DNA from: Candidatus Magasanikiibacteriota bacterium
Lineage (GTDB): Bacteria; Patescibacteriota; Patescibacteriia; Magasanikbacterales; GWA2-37-8
DNA: 64,000 bases
Direction of reading: 5' to 3'
Assembly (NCBI GenBank): GCA_041666745.1
Contig: JBAYGI010000003.1
Location: forward strand, 12,782 to 76,781
Shown: one piece after another, positions 28,481 through 38,927 of the stretch
Numbering within the stretch: the stretch's first letter is position 1
Layout of the letters: each line of letters begins with the position of its first letter
Notes under the pieces: generated by a model
Seen by the model: only the letters and a program-made list of their open reading frames with translations
The model's database searches: none
What the model was told of the DNA's origin: nothing
Made by a program: the position numbers and the translations under genes

Positions 28481-29575
28481 TTACCAAAAAATAATATTCT
28501 TTACGATCAACCAATAAAAATTCATTAATGGGTTGGCGATATTGTCTAAAATAGGATTTTTTATACTGGCTTCATTGAATTCTACTTTTCCTACAAATGT
28601 TTTGATCATTTCTTTGTCAGTTACTTTACGAATACTTTGGACATAAGCGCGTTTTTTTAACCACAATTTCCAACTGGATAATTTCAGCCAATATGCATAA
28701 GATCTGAGTTTTTCTTTCCACCAACCTTGTTTGGCGGCGAATAATAACAGACCCAATTCCAACACCAATCCCATTGGTAAAAATAACAACAAAGTCGGCC
28801 ATTTAAAAAACATCAACATTACACCTAGACGATTGCGTTCAATATAATAAAACTTTTCTTGATTGCGACCAAAAGAATACTTATGATAAAAAATCGAATC
28901 ACTGGCAACCATTATTTTATAACCGGCAATTTTTAGACGGAAACAATATTCAATGTCTTCATGATACAGAAAAAAATCATTATCCCACAAACCATATTGA
29001 CGCAATAAATCCGCACGCATCAATACCGCCGCCCCACTGGCATAAGATGTTTCAAAAACTTTTTCCAAATTCAAACTATCTCTTTTTACACGCAAATTAT
29101 TACAAAAACCCAGACCCAAATAGTGAAAAGAATTTCCGGAACTATTCAATAAATCAGTTTCCGGATAAAGCATCAAAAGCGATTGCGCCGCGCCCACAGT
29201 TTTGTCCTTTTCCATTACCTCCAAAAGTGGTTCCAAAAAACTAGCCGCCACAAAACCATCGTTATTATGAAAATATACATAATCAAAACCATTATCCAGC
29301 GCCCACTGTATACCAACATTGTTGCCACCGGCAAAACCTAAATTTTGACTTTGAGCCAGCAAAGTGATATGTGGCAATTCATTTCCCGACAATTGCATGA
29401 CCCTATCTTCCAAGAATCGAACCGATGATCCATGTTGAGGATGAGGATTATCCACAATCACCAACTCCACTTTGTCTTTTGGATAAGTCATCTTTTTCAA
29501 CGCTGAAACCACATCGTCGATATATGGTTCACAATGAAAAGATAAATAAACTATTGCTACTTTTGGTTGAGACAT
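28481..29575 (-). CDS. GT2 glycosyltransferase
   Basis: 364 aa; VIVDN ... DxD-type GT-A motifs. Confidence 0.75.
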   Translation of the reverse strand: MSQPKVAIVYLSFHCEPYIDDVVSALKKMTYPKDKVELVIVDNPHPQHGSSVRFLEDRVMQLSGNELPHITLLAQSQNLGFAGGNNVGIQWALDNGFDYVYFHNNDGFVAASFLEPLLEVMEKDKTVGAAQSLLMLYPETDLLNSSGNSFHYLGLGFCNNLRVKRDSLNLEKVFETSYASGAAVLMRADLLRQYGLWDNDFFLYHEDIEYCFRLKIAGYKIMVASDSIFYHKYSFGRNQEKFYYIERNRLGVMLMFFKWPTLLLFLPMGLVLELGLLLFAAKQGWWKEKLRSYAYWLKLSSWKLWLKKRAYVQSIRKVTDKEMIKTFVGKVEFNEASIKNPILDNIANPLMNFYWLIVKNIIFW

Positions 29576-29576
29576 A

Positions 29577-30413
29577 TTAAACAGAATAATATTTATTATT
29601 ACCTTTCCACTTCCACATATATTTCAGCCAACTAATAAAGTGAATGCGGGCTAATTTATTTTTAAAAATCGCTTTGATCCCCGGCACCTTGGCGGATTCG
29701 CGCGCGTGAGCATGATAAATTTTCACGTCAGCCAAATAATAAACCGGCCAGCCTTTTTCCCACATCCGACGACACCAATCTGAATCTTCCATATACATAA
29801 AATAACGGTCGTCAAAAAACCCAACTTGATCAGTGGCGGTTTTTCGCGCCATCATGACCGAACCCATCACCCAATCTACCGGGCGAGTTTCATTGTGATC
29901 AAAATCTTTCATCAGTAATCTATCGGAATATTTTTTAACCCAAGCGTATTTTTTATCAAAATTTATTTGTTTCAGAGGTTTGATGGCAATGGATGGGAAA
30001 TCAAAACGATAACAAGAATATTGCAAAGTGTCATCCATGTTTAAAATTTTTGGACCAATCATTCCGATCTTTGGATGCTCGTCCATATACTTGACCATCC
30101 GTTCGATAGTGTGCGAATTTCCCGGGATAACCGTATCAGGATTGAGTGTCATGTAGTAGCGTGCTTCCATTTGCGCAAACGCCATATTCAAACCCCGACC
30201 AAATCCAACATTGTCACCACAACTAAAATATTGAATGTCGGGAAACTTTTCCGCCAACGCTTCTTTTAGTCCATCTTTATTTAGCGAATTATCCGCAACA
30301 ATTATTTTAATATCATAAGGACAACCGGCGATATCTTTGATAACCGAATCAAGCGCGCATAAAATATCGTCTTTTGATAAAAAATTTAGAAATACCAAAT
30401 TGACATCTTTCAT
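29577..30413 (-). CDS. GT2 glycosyltransferase
   Basis: 278 aa; GT-A fold motifs. Confidence 0.7.
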   Translation of the reverse strand: MKDVNLVFLNFLSKDDILCALDSVIKDIAGCPYDIKIIVADNSLNKDGLKEALAEKFPDIQYFSCGDNVGFGRGLNMAFAQMEARYYMTLNPDTVIPGNSHTIERMVKYMDEHPKIGMIGPKILNMDDTLQYSCYRFDFPSIAIKPLKQINFDKKYAWVKKYSDRLLMKDFDHNETRPVDWVMGSVMMARKTATDQVGFFDDRYFMYMEDSDWCRRMWEKGWPVYYLADVKIYHAHARESAKVPGIKAIFKNKLARIHFISWLKYMWKWKGNNKYYSV

Positions 30414-30417
30414 AAAA

Positions 30418-31485
30418 TTATTTCCACCATTTTCTTAAATCTTTATAACTGACTTTTTTCATTTTATTTATCTGTTCACGCTTGTTTTTCAAATCCACTC
30501 TCCCCTGCCAAATCTCTTTTAGTCCCTTTAAAACCGCTCGATCAAACAATAAAAAGAAAACAAACTTCTTTAATTCATACCACAAAACCCAAGGAAAATC
30601 AAGTATCAGGTTCTGCCAGTATTCATTCTTGTAAAGTGTGCTCAAATGGTTTTTGTAACTATGATATTGCACCCATGGCGATTGTTGTTTTTTGTTAACC
30701 GAAGCTACAAAATCATTCAACTCTTTTGGACCGGCGCCAGCCCGATCGTGATAAGCGACTGTGTCTAATAAAATATAAGATTGAAAACCAGCCTCCTGTA
30801 AACGATAAGACAAATCCACATCTTCTTTGTAAGCATGGTAAGATTCATCCAAAAACTGACCACCGGAAAAAGCCACCTGCTCTATGATATTTCGACGCAT
30901 CATCGGAAATGCTCCGGAAGCGCCAAATACTTCCAAGGCTTTCATAGTGCTGTCATCCCCGTGAAAACGGGGATCTTTTTTCACTTCTTCCCAATTTTGT
31001 TGCGTAAATTGTTCAATCACTCGGCGATTACGAAATATTTTTAAACCCAACGCATCAATACTGTCAGTCATCCCAAATTCCGCCAAAGAATCTTTTTCCA
31101 CCGCTTTAAAATCCCAACGCATTAAACGTGGCGAAACTGCGGCCACTTTTTTATTCTCATCCAAAAATTTAACCATTTTTTCTAAACAGTCCGGTTGTAA
31201 ATACATGTCTTGATTGAGCAGTAAAAAATATTCACTGTCAGTATCACGATAAGCTTGATTGTGTCCGCCGGCAAAACCATTGTTGGAGGGATTGATTACC
31301 ATTTTGTAGGGCACCGAAAAATTGGCCAACTCTTTTTTGATCAATTCTGCGGTATTATCTTTGGAGTCATTGTCAATAATATACAAAAACCAATCCTTGA
31401 AAGTTTGCTTACGCAAAGATTCAAATAAATACGGAATATACTTTCCACCATTCCAAGCCACTAAGTGAACGGATAATTTTTGCAT
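30418..31485 (-). CDS. GT2 glycosyltransferase
   Basis: 355 aa; GT-A fold motifs (IIDNDSKDNT). Confidence 0.7.
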   Translation of the reverse strand: MQKLSVHLVAWNGGKYIPYLFESLRKQTFKDWFLYIIDNDSKDNTAELIKKELANFSVPYKMVINPSNNGFAGGHNQAYRDTDSEYFLLLNQDMYLQPDCLEKMVKFLDENKKVAAVSPRLMRWDFKAVEKDSLAEFGMTDSIDALGLKIFRNRRVIEQFTQQNWEEVKKDPRFHGDDSTMKALEVFGASGAFPMMRRNIIEQVAFSGGQFLDESYHAYKEDVDLSYRLQEAGFQSYILLDTVAYHDRAGAGPKELNDFVASVNKKQQSPWVQYHSYKNHLSTLYKNEYWQNLILDFPWVLWYELKKFVFFLLFDRAVLKGLKEIWQGRVDLKNKREQINKMKKVSYKDLRKWWK

Positions 31486-31486
31486 A

Positions 31487-32449
31487 TTATTTACTCAACT
31501 TATCATTTATCCAAGCCAGCGCAATACCGACAGGTCTAAAAATTGCAATCCACATCCATTTATACCACGGTTCCCATTTCTGAAAATACTGCAACATGCT
31601 TTTGGTAAAATTTTTCTGTTTCCACAGAGTAGTGCGTTGTTTAAAACTTTGTCCAATATAATCAACACACGAAATTATTGGCGTATGAACTACTTTATAG
31701 CCCAATTTTTTTACTTCACGACAAGTATCTACATCTTCAAACCAGATAAAATATCTAGAATCAAAAGCGAAGCCCAATTTTTCAAAAACTTCACGGCGCA
31801 TTATCATAAACGAACCACGCACTGAATCCACTTCTTGTTCTTTGTCCGCATCAAAATCCGTAAACATATATTTATCCAAAATTGATGGAAGAAGATGCGG
31901 TAATTTTAAAATTATTGCGAGTTGGTCAAACACCTTGGGAAAACGACGTGGCTGAGCATCGGCATTTAGTTGACCGTTTTCATCTACCAATTTACAACTG
32001 GCCAAACCGACATCACTGTGGGTTCGCATCCACTCTACTATTTTATCCAAACTTCCCGCTTCTACACGCATGTCCGGATTTAAAAATAACAAAAATTCAC
32101 CACTGCTCATTTTGGCGGCAGTATTGTTGGGCGCGCCAAAACCCAAATTTTTTTCATTTCTTATCAATCTAACCTCGGGATATTTTTGGGCTACCAAATC
32201 AGCGGTGCCATCGGTCGAACCATTGTCCACGACTAATTCTTCAAACGAAATATTTTGACAGCCGGTTTTGACGGAGTCGATTTGTTCGGTGATTAGTTTT
32301 GCGGAATTCCAGGTGACAGTGATGATTGAGAGATTCATAATTTTTTCTTGTTTTTTACGCCAAATATATATTGTTTTTCTTGCGCTCAGACTTGTAGCGT
32401 ATTGGGGGTTTGGCAGACAGCTTGGATTGGCTCTCGCTACTTCGGACAA
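31487..32449 (-). CDS. GT2 glycosyltransferase
   Basis: 320 aa; LSIITVTWNS ... VVDNGSTDGT. Confidence 0.75.
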   Translation of the reverse strand: MSEVARANPSCLPNPQYATSLSARKTIYIWRKKQEKIMNLSIITVTWNSAKLITEQIDSVKTGCQNISFEELVVDNGSTDGTADLVAQKYPEVRLIRNEKNLGFGAPNNTAAKMSSGEFLLFLNPDMRVEAGSLDKIVEWMRTHSDVGLASCKLVDENGQLNADAQPRRFPKVFDQLAIILKLPHLLPSILDKYMFTDFDADKEQEVDSVRGSFMIMRREVFEKLGFAFDSRYFIWFEDVDTCREVKKLGYKVVHTPIISCVDYIGQSFKQRTTLWKQKNFTKSMLQYFQKWEPWYKWMWIAIFRPVGIALAWINDKLSK

Positions 32450-32494
32450 TTCGCGCGGCGAAAAATAATATATATTTGGCTAAAATACTTATAA

Positions 32495-33568
32495 CTACTT
32501 TTTTAATTGTTGTTTGAAATAATCTACGAACGGTATTGCTGTCGGATCGAGGCCTTGCAGGAGGGCAGAGTAATAACTTATATAACTACTTAATACTAGA
32601 ATTTCGCATGTTTGGGCTAGTGGATTTTGGGCGGTGGCGGTGTATGACAAATATTCTATTTTATTTTTGTCCAGAATGTTTTTGGTTACTGTAAAACGTT
32701 TTTGGATTTTTTCACTGTACAATTTTGATTCCAACAAGACAAATGTCAGATCTTTTTGGTTGCTTTTTGGATACATCATTCCCTCCATCAAATGATGATT
32801 CAGTTCCGGGATAATAAAATATCCGGCAAAACGTTTGGCGTTTTCATTCATCTGGTTGGCGGCGATATGCGTGTTGCCGTTTAAATGTTGCGCGCCGGCA
32901 TACCATACGCTTTTATTTTGTAAAGCTTGGGCGATTTTTTTAGCGGCATTTTCACCGCTGTTACCCACTCCAAATTCCAAATTATATTTTTCGAAATCAC
33001 CGATCACTTGTTTGATGTCTTTTTCGCCAATTTTCAAAAATCCAATTTTACTCAATAAAATTATTTGACCAATTATTAAATATCCCAAACCCATACGCGG
33101 TGAACCGCACGGATTATTTTTGGTGGTAAAAATCAAAGCCGGTATTTTGGCAGTGCGCGCGATTTCACTCAGCTCACCGCCGGAAGTGATGATCACTGTT
33201 TTGGCTTTTTTAATCCGCGCAGTTTTCATGGCATACAACACTTCTTCGGTGGTGCCTGAATAACTGGAAAAAATTACCAAACTATTTTTGTCTGTATATT
33301 CCGGCACACTATAACCATTCACTATTTCTAGCGGGATTTTTAAAGTACTAAAATATAAAGATTTAATTACGTGCGCGCCAAGCGCTGATCCGCCCATACC
33401 AACCACTACGATATTTTTTACTTTTTTATAATCTGCTGAAAATTTCAAATCCTTTGCGCATTGCCATACTTCCTCCACTTGATGTGGTAATTTTTCCAAA
33501 CTACCCAACATGTTTTTGGAATCCAATTTTTGGATGGCAGAAATATCATTTAAAATATTTTTTGACAT
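32495..33568 (-). CDS. SIS-domain bifunctional phosphoglucose/phosphomannose isomerase-like protein
   Basis: 357 aa; tandem SIS domains (VVVGMGGSALGA). Confidence 0.6.
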   Translation of the reverse strand: MSKNILNDISAIQKLDSKNMLGSLEKLPHQVEEVWQCAKDLKFSADYKKVKNIVVVGMGGSALGAHVIKSLYFSTLKIPLEIVNGYSVPEYTDKNSLVIFSSYSGTTEEVLYAMKTARIKKAKTVIITSGGELSEIARTAKIPALIFTTKNNPCGSPRMGLGYLIIGQIILLSKIGFLKIGEKDIKQVIGDFEKYNLEFGVGNSGENAAKKIAQALQNKSVWYAGAQHLNGNTHIAANQMNENAKRFAGYFIIPELNHHLMEGMMYPKSNQKDLTFVLLESKLYSEKIQKRFTVTKNILDKNKIEYLSYTATAQNPLAQTCEILVLSSYISYYSALLQGLDPTAIPFVDYFKQQLKK

Positions 33569-33577
33569 AAATAAAAA

Positions 33578-34483
33578 TTATTTTTTTGAAACTCTTTGTG
33601 ATTCAAGTTGTTGGTGAAAATGACGACCCAATGTTTCTTTGATAAAAGTATGTTTACTCTCGACTATCTTTTCACAAACCGAAACTGCATTTACTCCCTT
33701 GGCCAATAGATTTTTTTTAAATAATAACTTTTCTTCTAATAACTTTTCTTCGGTTGGTTGTTTTTTGGTTGGGAATTTTACACCAAAACCCTCCTGTAAA
33801 ATAGTTTGCACCGCCCCACCACCTTTGCCAAACACCAACATTGCCAAACCCCATTGTCCATATTTGTCATAAGAACTAAGTAAGGCTTTTGCCGCTGCTC
33901 TAGTAGAAGCCTCAAAATCATAACGCTGATCCACTTTTTCATTCACTGTTAATCCCCACGATACCGCGGTGGCTTTTTCTATTTGATAATATCCAGACGC
34001 GTAGCCAGCCCCTTTGTGCACATGCGGTATTTTCATCGCAGTCTCACCACTCAAAATTGCCGTCATCACACCTTCTAAATCTTTATTTCTTTTTCCATCC
34101 TCATCTTTACAATATTTAACAATTATCGGGAATCTATCGTGCCATTTTTCCAACATGGTAGAAAAATATTCGTTTTCCCCACTGCCTTTTAAACGCGTAT
34201 GCATTACCCTTTTTTCCGCTTTATCAAAAATATTTTTTTTACGCGCCAATAATTCTTTTCTCTTCGGCTCCGGTAATTGTGAAGCAATCCGTTCGATTTC
34301 TGCATCCAACACATTATCATGAAAATCTTCGTTTAGCGTTTCTCTACTCTCGGGATGTTTTTTGGCTGCCTCAGCCGGTCGTTCACCACCCAATCCCAAA
34401 GCGGTCGCAAACACTCCCGCCGCGCCAAGCAAGACCTCTCGCCGACTAAATTTTTGATCGCCTTTTGGTTGACCTTCTGGCAT
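33578..34483 (-). CDS. Secreted protein with twin-arginine-like signal; possible SLT-type lytic transglycosylase
   Basis: 301 aa; SRREVLLGAAGVFATALG; segment ILSGETAMKIP...GAGYASGYYQI resembles the SLT catalytic motif. Confidence 0.4.
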   Translation of the reverse strand: MPEGQPKGDQKFSRREVLLGAAGVFATALGLGGERPAEAAKKHPESRETLNEDFHDNVLDAEIERIASQLPEPKRKELLARKKNIFDKAEKRVMHTRLKGSGENEYFSTMLEKWHDRFPIIVKYCKDEDGKRNKDLEGVMTAILSGETAMKIPHVHKGAGYASGYYQIEKATAVSWGLTVNEKVDQRYDFEASTRAAAKALLSSYDKYGQWGLAMLVFGKGGGAVQTILQEGFGVKFPTKKQPTEEKLLEEKLLFKKNLLAKGVNAVSVCEKIVESKHTFIKETLGRHFHQQLESQRVSKK

Positions 34484-34484
34484 A

Positions 34485-35345
34485 TTATTTGGTTAAATAT
34501 TCTTGTAAAGCTTCTTGCCAACTACGTTGAGGTGGCAATTTTGTGTTTAATAATTCTGAATACATCGGACGTCTGGCTGGACGTGGAAATTTATCTCCAC
34601 CAACCGGTGCTACCTCTATATTTATTTTTTTAATTTCAAAAATCTTTTTTGCCCACTCATACCAACTACAAACACCGCTATTACTACCATGATAAATTCC
34701 AAACGGCCGGCCATCCTCAACAATTTTACGCGTAAGCTGTGCCAAATCCGGGGCGTAAGTAATACAACCGATTTCTTCGTCAACCAAATCCAAATGTTTT
34801 TTTCCTCCCTCGGTAGCCAAATAAATCATCGTGTCAACAAAACTTTTTTTGGCTCCTACACTCACGGCTGGTTTGCCAAATAATTTGGACAACCGAATCA
34901 AATAAAATTTGTCACCAACATCCAAAATACTTTTTTCCGCCACCGCTTTGGTTTGTCCGTATTTATTTATTGGATCGGTTTGATCATCTTCGGTATAACC
35001 ATCCTTTTTATCTCCTTTGAAAACATAATCCGAAGAATAATGGACTAATACAGAATGTATTTCTTTACAAATACCCGCCAAATTTTCTACTGCTTCGCTG
35101 TTTATTTTTTTTGCCAAGTCAAAAGCGCTTTTATCTTCTTCTATTCTGTCTACTGCGTTATAGGCCACGGCATTGATCACAACATCAGGATGTAAATCAG
35201 AAATTTTGGTAGCCGTAACAATATAATCAGTAATATCCAAATCCTCTTTGTCCCAACCAACCACCTCATAATTGTGAACAGAAAACTCGCCAACCAATTC
35301 TTGGCCAAGCATCCCTTTTGCGCCGAGTATTAAAACTTTTGGCAT
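34485..35345 (-). CDS. rmlD: dTDP-4-dehydrorhamnose reductase (RmlD)
   Basis: 286 aa; GAKGMLG Rossmann motif; RmlD length and motifs. Confidence 0.8.
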   Translation of the reverse strand: MPKVLILGAKGMLGQELVGEFSVHNYEVVGWDKEDLDITDYIVTATKISDLHPDVVINAVAYNAVDRIEEDKSAFDLAKKINSEAVENLAGICKEIHSVLVHYSSDYVFKGDKKDGYTEDDQTDPINKYGQTKAVAEKSILDVGDKFYLIRLSKLFGKPAVSVGAKKSFVDTMIYLATEGGKKHLDLVDEEIGCITYAPDLAQLTRKIVEDGRPFGIYHGSNSGVCSWYEWAKKIFEIKKINIEVAPVGGDKFPRPARRPMYSELLNTKLPPQRSWQEALQEYLTK

Positions 35346-35755
35346 ATTTTTTTATATTCCTCATAATCCGTAATATAATCATTTCTATCCGGATTATAAT
35401 TGGTCGAAGACAAAGCCAACAAAACACAGTCAGCCGAAGCGTCTTTGAATCCGTGCCAAACATAATTATCCACCAAAATCGCATCTTCCGGACCCCGCAT
35501 AGGCAAATCCTCCAAACCGTTTCCCCTATCAACAACCGCTGTCACCACACCACGCTGACAAACAAACAATTCCTTTTCCTCTTTGTGACAATGCTGTCCG
35601 GTATCTTTAATAAAATCAGTAACAAAATAAATACGCTTCACCTCCCAATCAATAAAATCCTTCAACTCCAACGGCGTCAACGAAATCCCAGTATTCGTAA
35701 AAGTTTTTATTTTAAATTGTCTAAAATTTAATTGCATGTTATTTAATATGATCAT
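35330..35755 (-). CDS. WxcM/FdtA-like cupin (dTDP-4-keto-6-deoxyhexose 3,4-ketoisomerase family)
   Basis: 141 aa; HCH ... cupin core; overlaps both neighbours, so translationally coupled with rmlB and rmlD. Confidence 0.5.
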   Translation of the reverse strand: MIILNNMQLNFRQFKIKTFTNTGISLTPLELKDFIDWEVKRIYFVTDFIKDTGQHCHKEEKELFVCQRGVVTAVVDRGNGLEDLPMRGPEDAILVDNYVWHGFKDASADCVLLALSSTNYNPDRNDYITDYEEYKKICQKF

Positions 35756-36752
35756 TAATAGAATCTTTTTTCGCCCAAATCTTCTCCACCCATTCCAAAT
35801 TCCCCAAATACCAATCCACCGTCTCCTTCAAACCCTGTTCAAACTTCTCGCGTGTATATTCCGGCACCCACCCCAAAGACAAAATTTTCGTAGCATCAAT
35901 CGCATACCGACGATCATGCCCCGGTCGATCCTGAACATGTTCAATAAAACTTTCATCTTTACCCATCATTTTCAAAATCATATGCGTAATTTCCATATTA
36001 CTACGTTCATTATCCACACCAATATTATACACCCCACCCGCCTCACCTTTTTCCAATAACAAATCCAAAGCCGAGGCGTGATCATTTACATGAATCCAAT
36101 CACGCACATACAAACCATCACCATACATTGGCACCTTTTCATTTTTCATTAATTTCATCACAAAAAATGGAATCAATTTTTCCGGATACTGATACGATCC
36201 ATAATTGTTGGAACAATGCGTCACCACCACCGGCACTTTGTGAGTAACGAAATAAGCATGACACATCATATCGCCACCCGCTTTGGCCGCGGCGTATGGC
36301 ATATTGGGATTAATAGGAGTATGTTCGGAAAATTTGTCCGGACTATCCAAACGCAAAGCTCCATATACTTCATCCGTAGAAACATTGACCATTTTTTCCA
36401 AATTGTTTATTCGCACCGCATCGAGCAACATCTGCACGCCCAAAGTATTGGTCAAAACAAAATCTTTACAACCACCGTGGATAGATTTGTCCACATGTGT
36501 TTCCGCGGCAAAATTTATCAGATGGGTGATGTGGTGTTTTTGGATTGTTTCATTTACTTTTTCCAAATCAATAATATCCCCCCGCACAAAACTATAATTT
36601 GGATTATTTTCTAAATCTTTTAAATTATCCAAATTCCCAGCGTAAGTTAATTTATCCAAATTCACTATCTCGCGATCCGGATATTTTGTTAAATAATAAT
36701 GAATAAAATTTGAACCAATAAATCCCGCTCCTCCACAAACAAGTAATTTCAT
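35739..36752 (-). CDS. rmlB: dTDP-glucose 4,6-dehydratase (RmlB)
   Basis: 337 aa; GGAGFIGSNF, YxxxK, extended SDR. Confidence 0.9.
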   Translation of the reverse strand: MKLLVCGGAGFIGSNFIHYYLTKYPDREIVNLDKLTYAGNLDNLKDLENNPNYSFVRGDIIDLEKVNETIQKHHITHLINFAAETHVDKSIHGGCKDFVLTNTLGVQMLLDAVRINNLEKMVNVSTDEVYGALRLDSPDKFSEHTPINPNMPYAAAKAGGDMMCHAYFVTHKVPVVVTHCSNNYGSYQYPEKLIPFFVMKLMKNEKVPMYGDGLYVRDWIHVNDHASALDLLLEKGEAGGVYNIGVDNERSNMEITHMILKMMGKDESFIEHVQDRPGHDRRYAIDATKILSLGWVPEYTREKFEQGLKETVDWYLGNLEWVEKIWAKKDSINDHIK

Positions 36753-36933
36753 ATTGATACATTATGCAATGAATTATTAACAAAATTTAATCATTGAAAA
36801 TATGAGGAAATAATTTATAGACAAATGAAACGTGGCTGGCTCTGCTGTTTGAGCCCATAGGCGAGTTCAGAGCCAGAGTGAAATGAGTCATAAATTATCC
36901 GAATATTTTCACAGATTAAATTTTATTAATAAT

Positions 36934-38031
36934 TCATATTTGTTTACTAATATTTAAAACCAAAGCCACTGCCGCCAACTCCGCCATCAAAGCCGAACCA
37001 CCATGCGACACAAACGGCAAAGGCACACCGGTAAGTGGCAACACCCCGACCATCGCCCCAATGTTTAAAAATGATTGCCAAACCAACCAAACCACAATCC
37101 CGACTACAATCAAGCGACCAAATTCGCTATTGGTATTTTTGGCAATTTTCAGGCCACGCAAACCAATCAATAAAATCAAAATCACCACACAAGAAGAAAT
37201 CAGAAAACCGGTTTCTTCGGCAATCACCGCAAAAATCGAATCAGCGTTTACCTCCGGCAAATATTGAAATTTTTGACGCGACTGCCCTATTCCCAAACCC
37301 CAAAAACCACCCGACCCAACCGCCAAAAATGCTTGGTTGATCTGGTAACCAACCCCTTGAGGATCCAATTCCGGATGCATAAAAATAGTAATGCGTTCCA
37401 AACGATATGGTTTTAAAAACACTAAAAATACAAAAGCACCCGCAGCGAACAAACCCAAAACCACCAAATATTTTTTGGGCACATGCGCCTCAAGCAACAT
37501 GGCAAATAAAATCACCAGCAAAATAGACAGCGTGCCGATATCCGGTTGAAATAAAACCAAAAGTATCACCGGCGCCAACAAAGTTAAAATCGGCAATAAA
37601 CCCATTTGCCAATCTTGCAAATTACGTTTACGATCAGACAATAAATAAGCGGCAAAAATGATCATGACCAACTTCGCTACCTCTGATGGTTGAAAACCGA
37701 AACCAAAAATATTTATCCAACTACGCGCTCCGTTGATCGATTGTCCAATACCCGGAATTAAAACTAAAACTAATAAAATTACTGTTAAAAAATACGGCAA
37801 CCAACTTAACTTGCGCCATTTTTCATAATTTAATTTTATTAAAAAACAACCCAGCACTAAGCCCGGTAATAATCCAAAAATAATTTGGCGTTTTATATAA
37901 AAAAAAGAATCATGAAATTTGCCATAAGCCAACGGACCACTGGCGGACATGAGAGCGGCTAGACCAAAAACTAGGAGTATACCAACATAAAGCAAAAATA
38001 CTTTGTCAATTGTACTTTCGGTACGTGCCAT
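36934..38031 (-). CDS. SEDS-family peptidoglycan polymerase (FtsW/RodA)
   Basis: 365 aa, 10 TM; FtsW/RodA/SpoVE conserved C-terminal region. Confidence 0.8.
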   Translation of the reverse strand: MARTESTIDKVFLLYVGILLVFGLAALMSASGPLAYGKFHDSFFYIKRQIIFGLLPGLVLGCFLIKLNYEKWRKLSWLPYFLTVILLVLVLIPGIGQSINGARSWINIFGFGFQPSEVAKLVMIIFAAYLLSDRKRNLQDWQMGLLPILTLLAPVILLVLFQPDIGTLSILLVILFAMLLEAHVPKKYLVVLGLFAAGAFVFLVFLKPYRLERITIFMHPELDPQGVGYQINQAFLAVGSGGFWGLGIGQSRQKFQYLPEVNADSIFAVIAEETGFLISSCVVILILLIGLRGLKIAKNTNSEFGRLIVVGIVVWLVWQSFLNIGAMVGVLPLTGVPLPFVSHGGSALMAELAAVALVLNISKQI

Positions 38032-38033
38032 AA

Positions 38034-38456
38034 TTAAATATTTAATCCAACTACCAAATAAAAAGCTATCGCCAAAAACAAATTAAAAAGAGCGGATACA
38101 AAAGTAAGAAAACGCGCCAAGATTTTGTCCTCGCTATAACGATACCAAGACAAAGAAAAATTTATCAAAAATATCAGAAAGCCACCAAATGGAACCGCGA
38201 GTATCTTCCACCACTCCCCGATTAGGTCCACTCCAAAAACTACATTGTAATGCAAGAAAACTTGGTCGGCGGTGGGACGGACATAAACAGCCGCATAAAC
38301 CCACATAAACAGCTGAAATAACAGCAAAAAAACTGCCGGTATCCACACCCAGCGATCCTTCCAATAAACTTTGGGAAAGTTAAACATAAACACAGTTATT
38401 TTAGCATGTCTGGGCGCCCTTGACAAGTTAGCCAAATTGGAATATAATAAAGCCAC
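38034..38456 (-). CDS. Polytopic membrane protein (hypothetical)
   Basis: 140 aa; four hydrophobic helices. Confidence 0.35.
   Translation of the reverse strand: MALLYSNLANLSRAPRHAKITVFMFNFPKVYWKDRWVWIPAVFLLLFQLFMWVYAAVYVRPTADQVFLHYNVVFGVDLIGEWWKILAVPFGGFLIFLINFSLSWYRYSEDKILARFLTFVSALFNLFLAIAFYLVVGLNI
38419..38447 (+). promoter_or_regulatory. Consensus sigma70 promoter TTGACA-N17-TATAAT for rpmA
   Basis: Perfect hexamers with 17-nt spacer ~35 nt upstream of rpmA ATG. Confidence 0.55.
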
Positions 38457-38481
38457 TTTTTACCATTTAAATACTCAAAAT

Positions 38482-38757
38482 ATGTCACATAAAAAAGCAG
38501 GTGGTTCTACCCACCTAGGCCGAGATTCCGTCGCAAAACGCCTAGGAGTAAAAAAACATGACGGAGAGGTTATCAAAGCTGGCATGATCATTGTCAAGCA
38601 ACGTGGTACCAAAATCAACGCTGGCAAAAATGTTTTGCGCGGTGGTGACGATACTTTGTTTGCACATGTTGCCGGTAAAGTAAAATTTTCTAGCCACAAA
38701 CGCCGTCGTTTTGATGGAGCTTTGAAGAGCGCACAGTTTGTAAGTGTGGTAGAATAA
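38482..38757 (+). CDS. rpmA: 50S ribosomal protein bL27
   Basis: 92 aa from [16 protein letters not shown]; L27 signature; the longer upstream ORF frame is ignored. Confidence 0.85.
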   Translation: MSHKKAGGSTHLGRDSVAKRLGVKKHDGEVIKAGMIIVKQRGTKINAGKNVLRGGDDTLFAHVAGKVKFSSHKRRRFDGALKSAQFVSVVE

Positions 38758-38771
38758 AAAATAGCAACTAA

Positions 38772-38810
38772 AAAAACAATCACCAAATTTGGTGATTGTT
38801 TTTATTTTTA
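38772..38810. terminator. Rho-independent terminator of rpmA (bidirectional)
   Basis: aaaaaacaatcaccaaatttggtgattgtttttattttt. Confidence 0.65.
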
Positions 38811-38814
38811 AATC

Positions 38815-38870
38815 TGACTACTCGTTAGTCCTCAATGGTTTGAGAATTAACGAGTAGGTAGTCAGATGGT
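38815..38870. repeat. Long imperfect hairpin (16-bp stem with 3-nt bulge) at left edge of high-GC island 2
   Basis: atctgactactcgtta ... taacgagtaggtagtcagat. Confidence 0.6.
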
Positions 38871-38927
38871 AAGTCCAACCCCTTGCTCGCCTCTTGGGAG
38901 AGGGGTTAGTGTGGGCCGTTGAGCGAC

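Noticed and set aside
38371-38757. Long 128-aa ORF version of rpmA
   Set aside because: The L27 homology begins at [10 protein letters not shown] (38482). The upstream 37 codons overlap the consensus promoter and have no L27 counterpart, so the shorter start is used.
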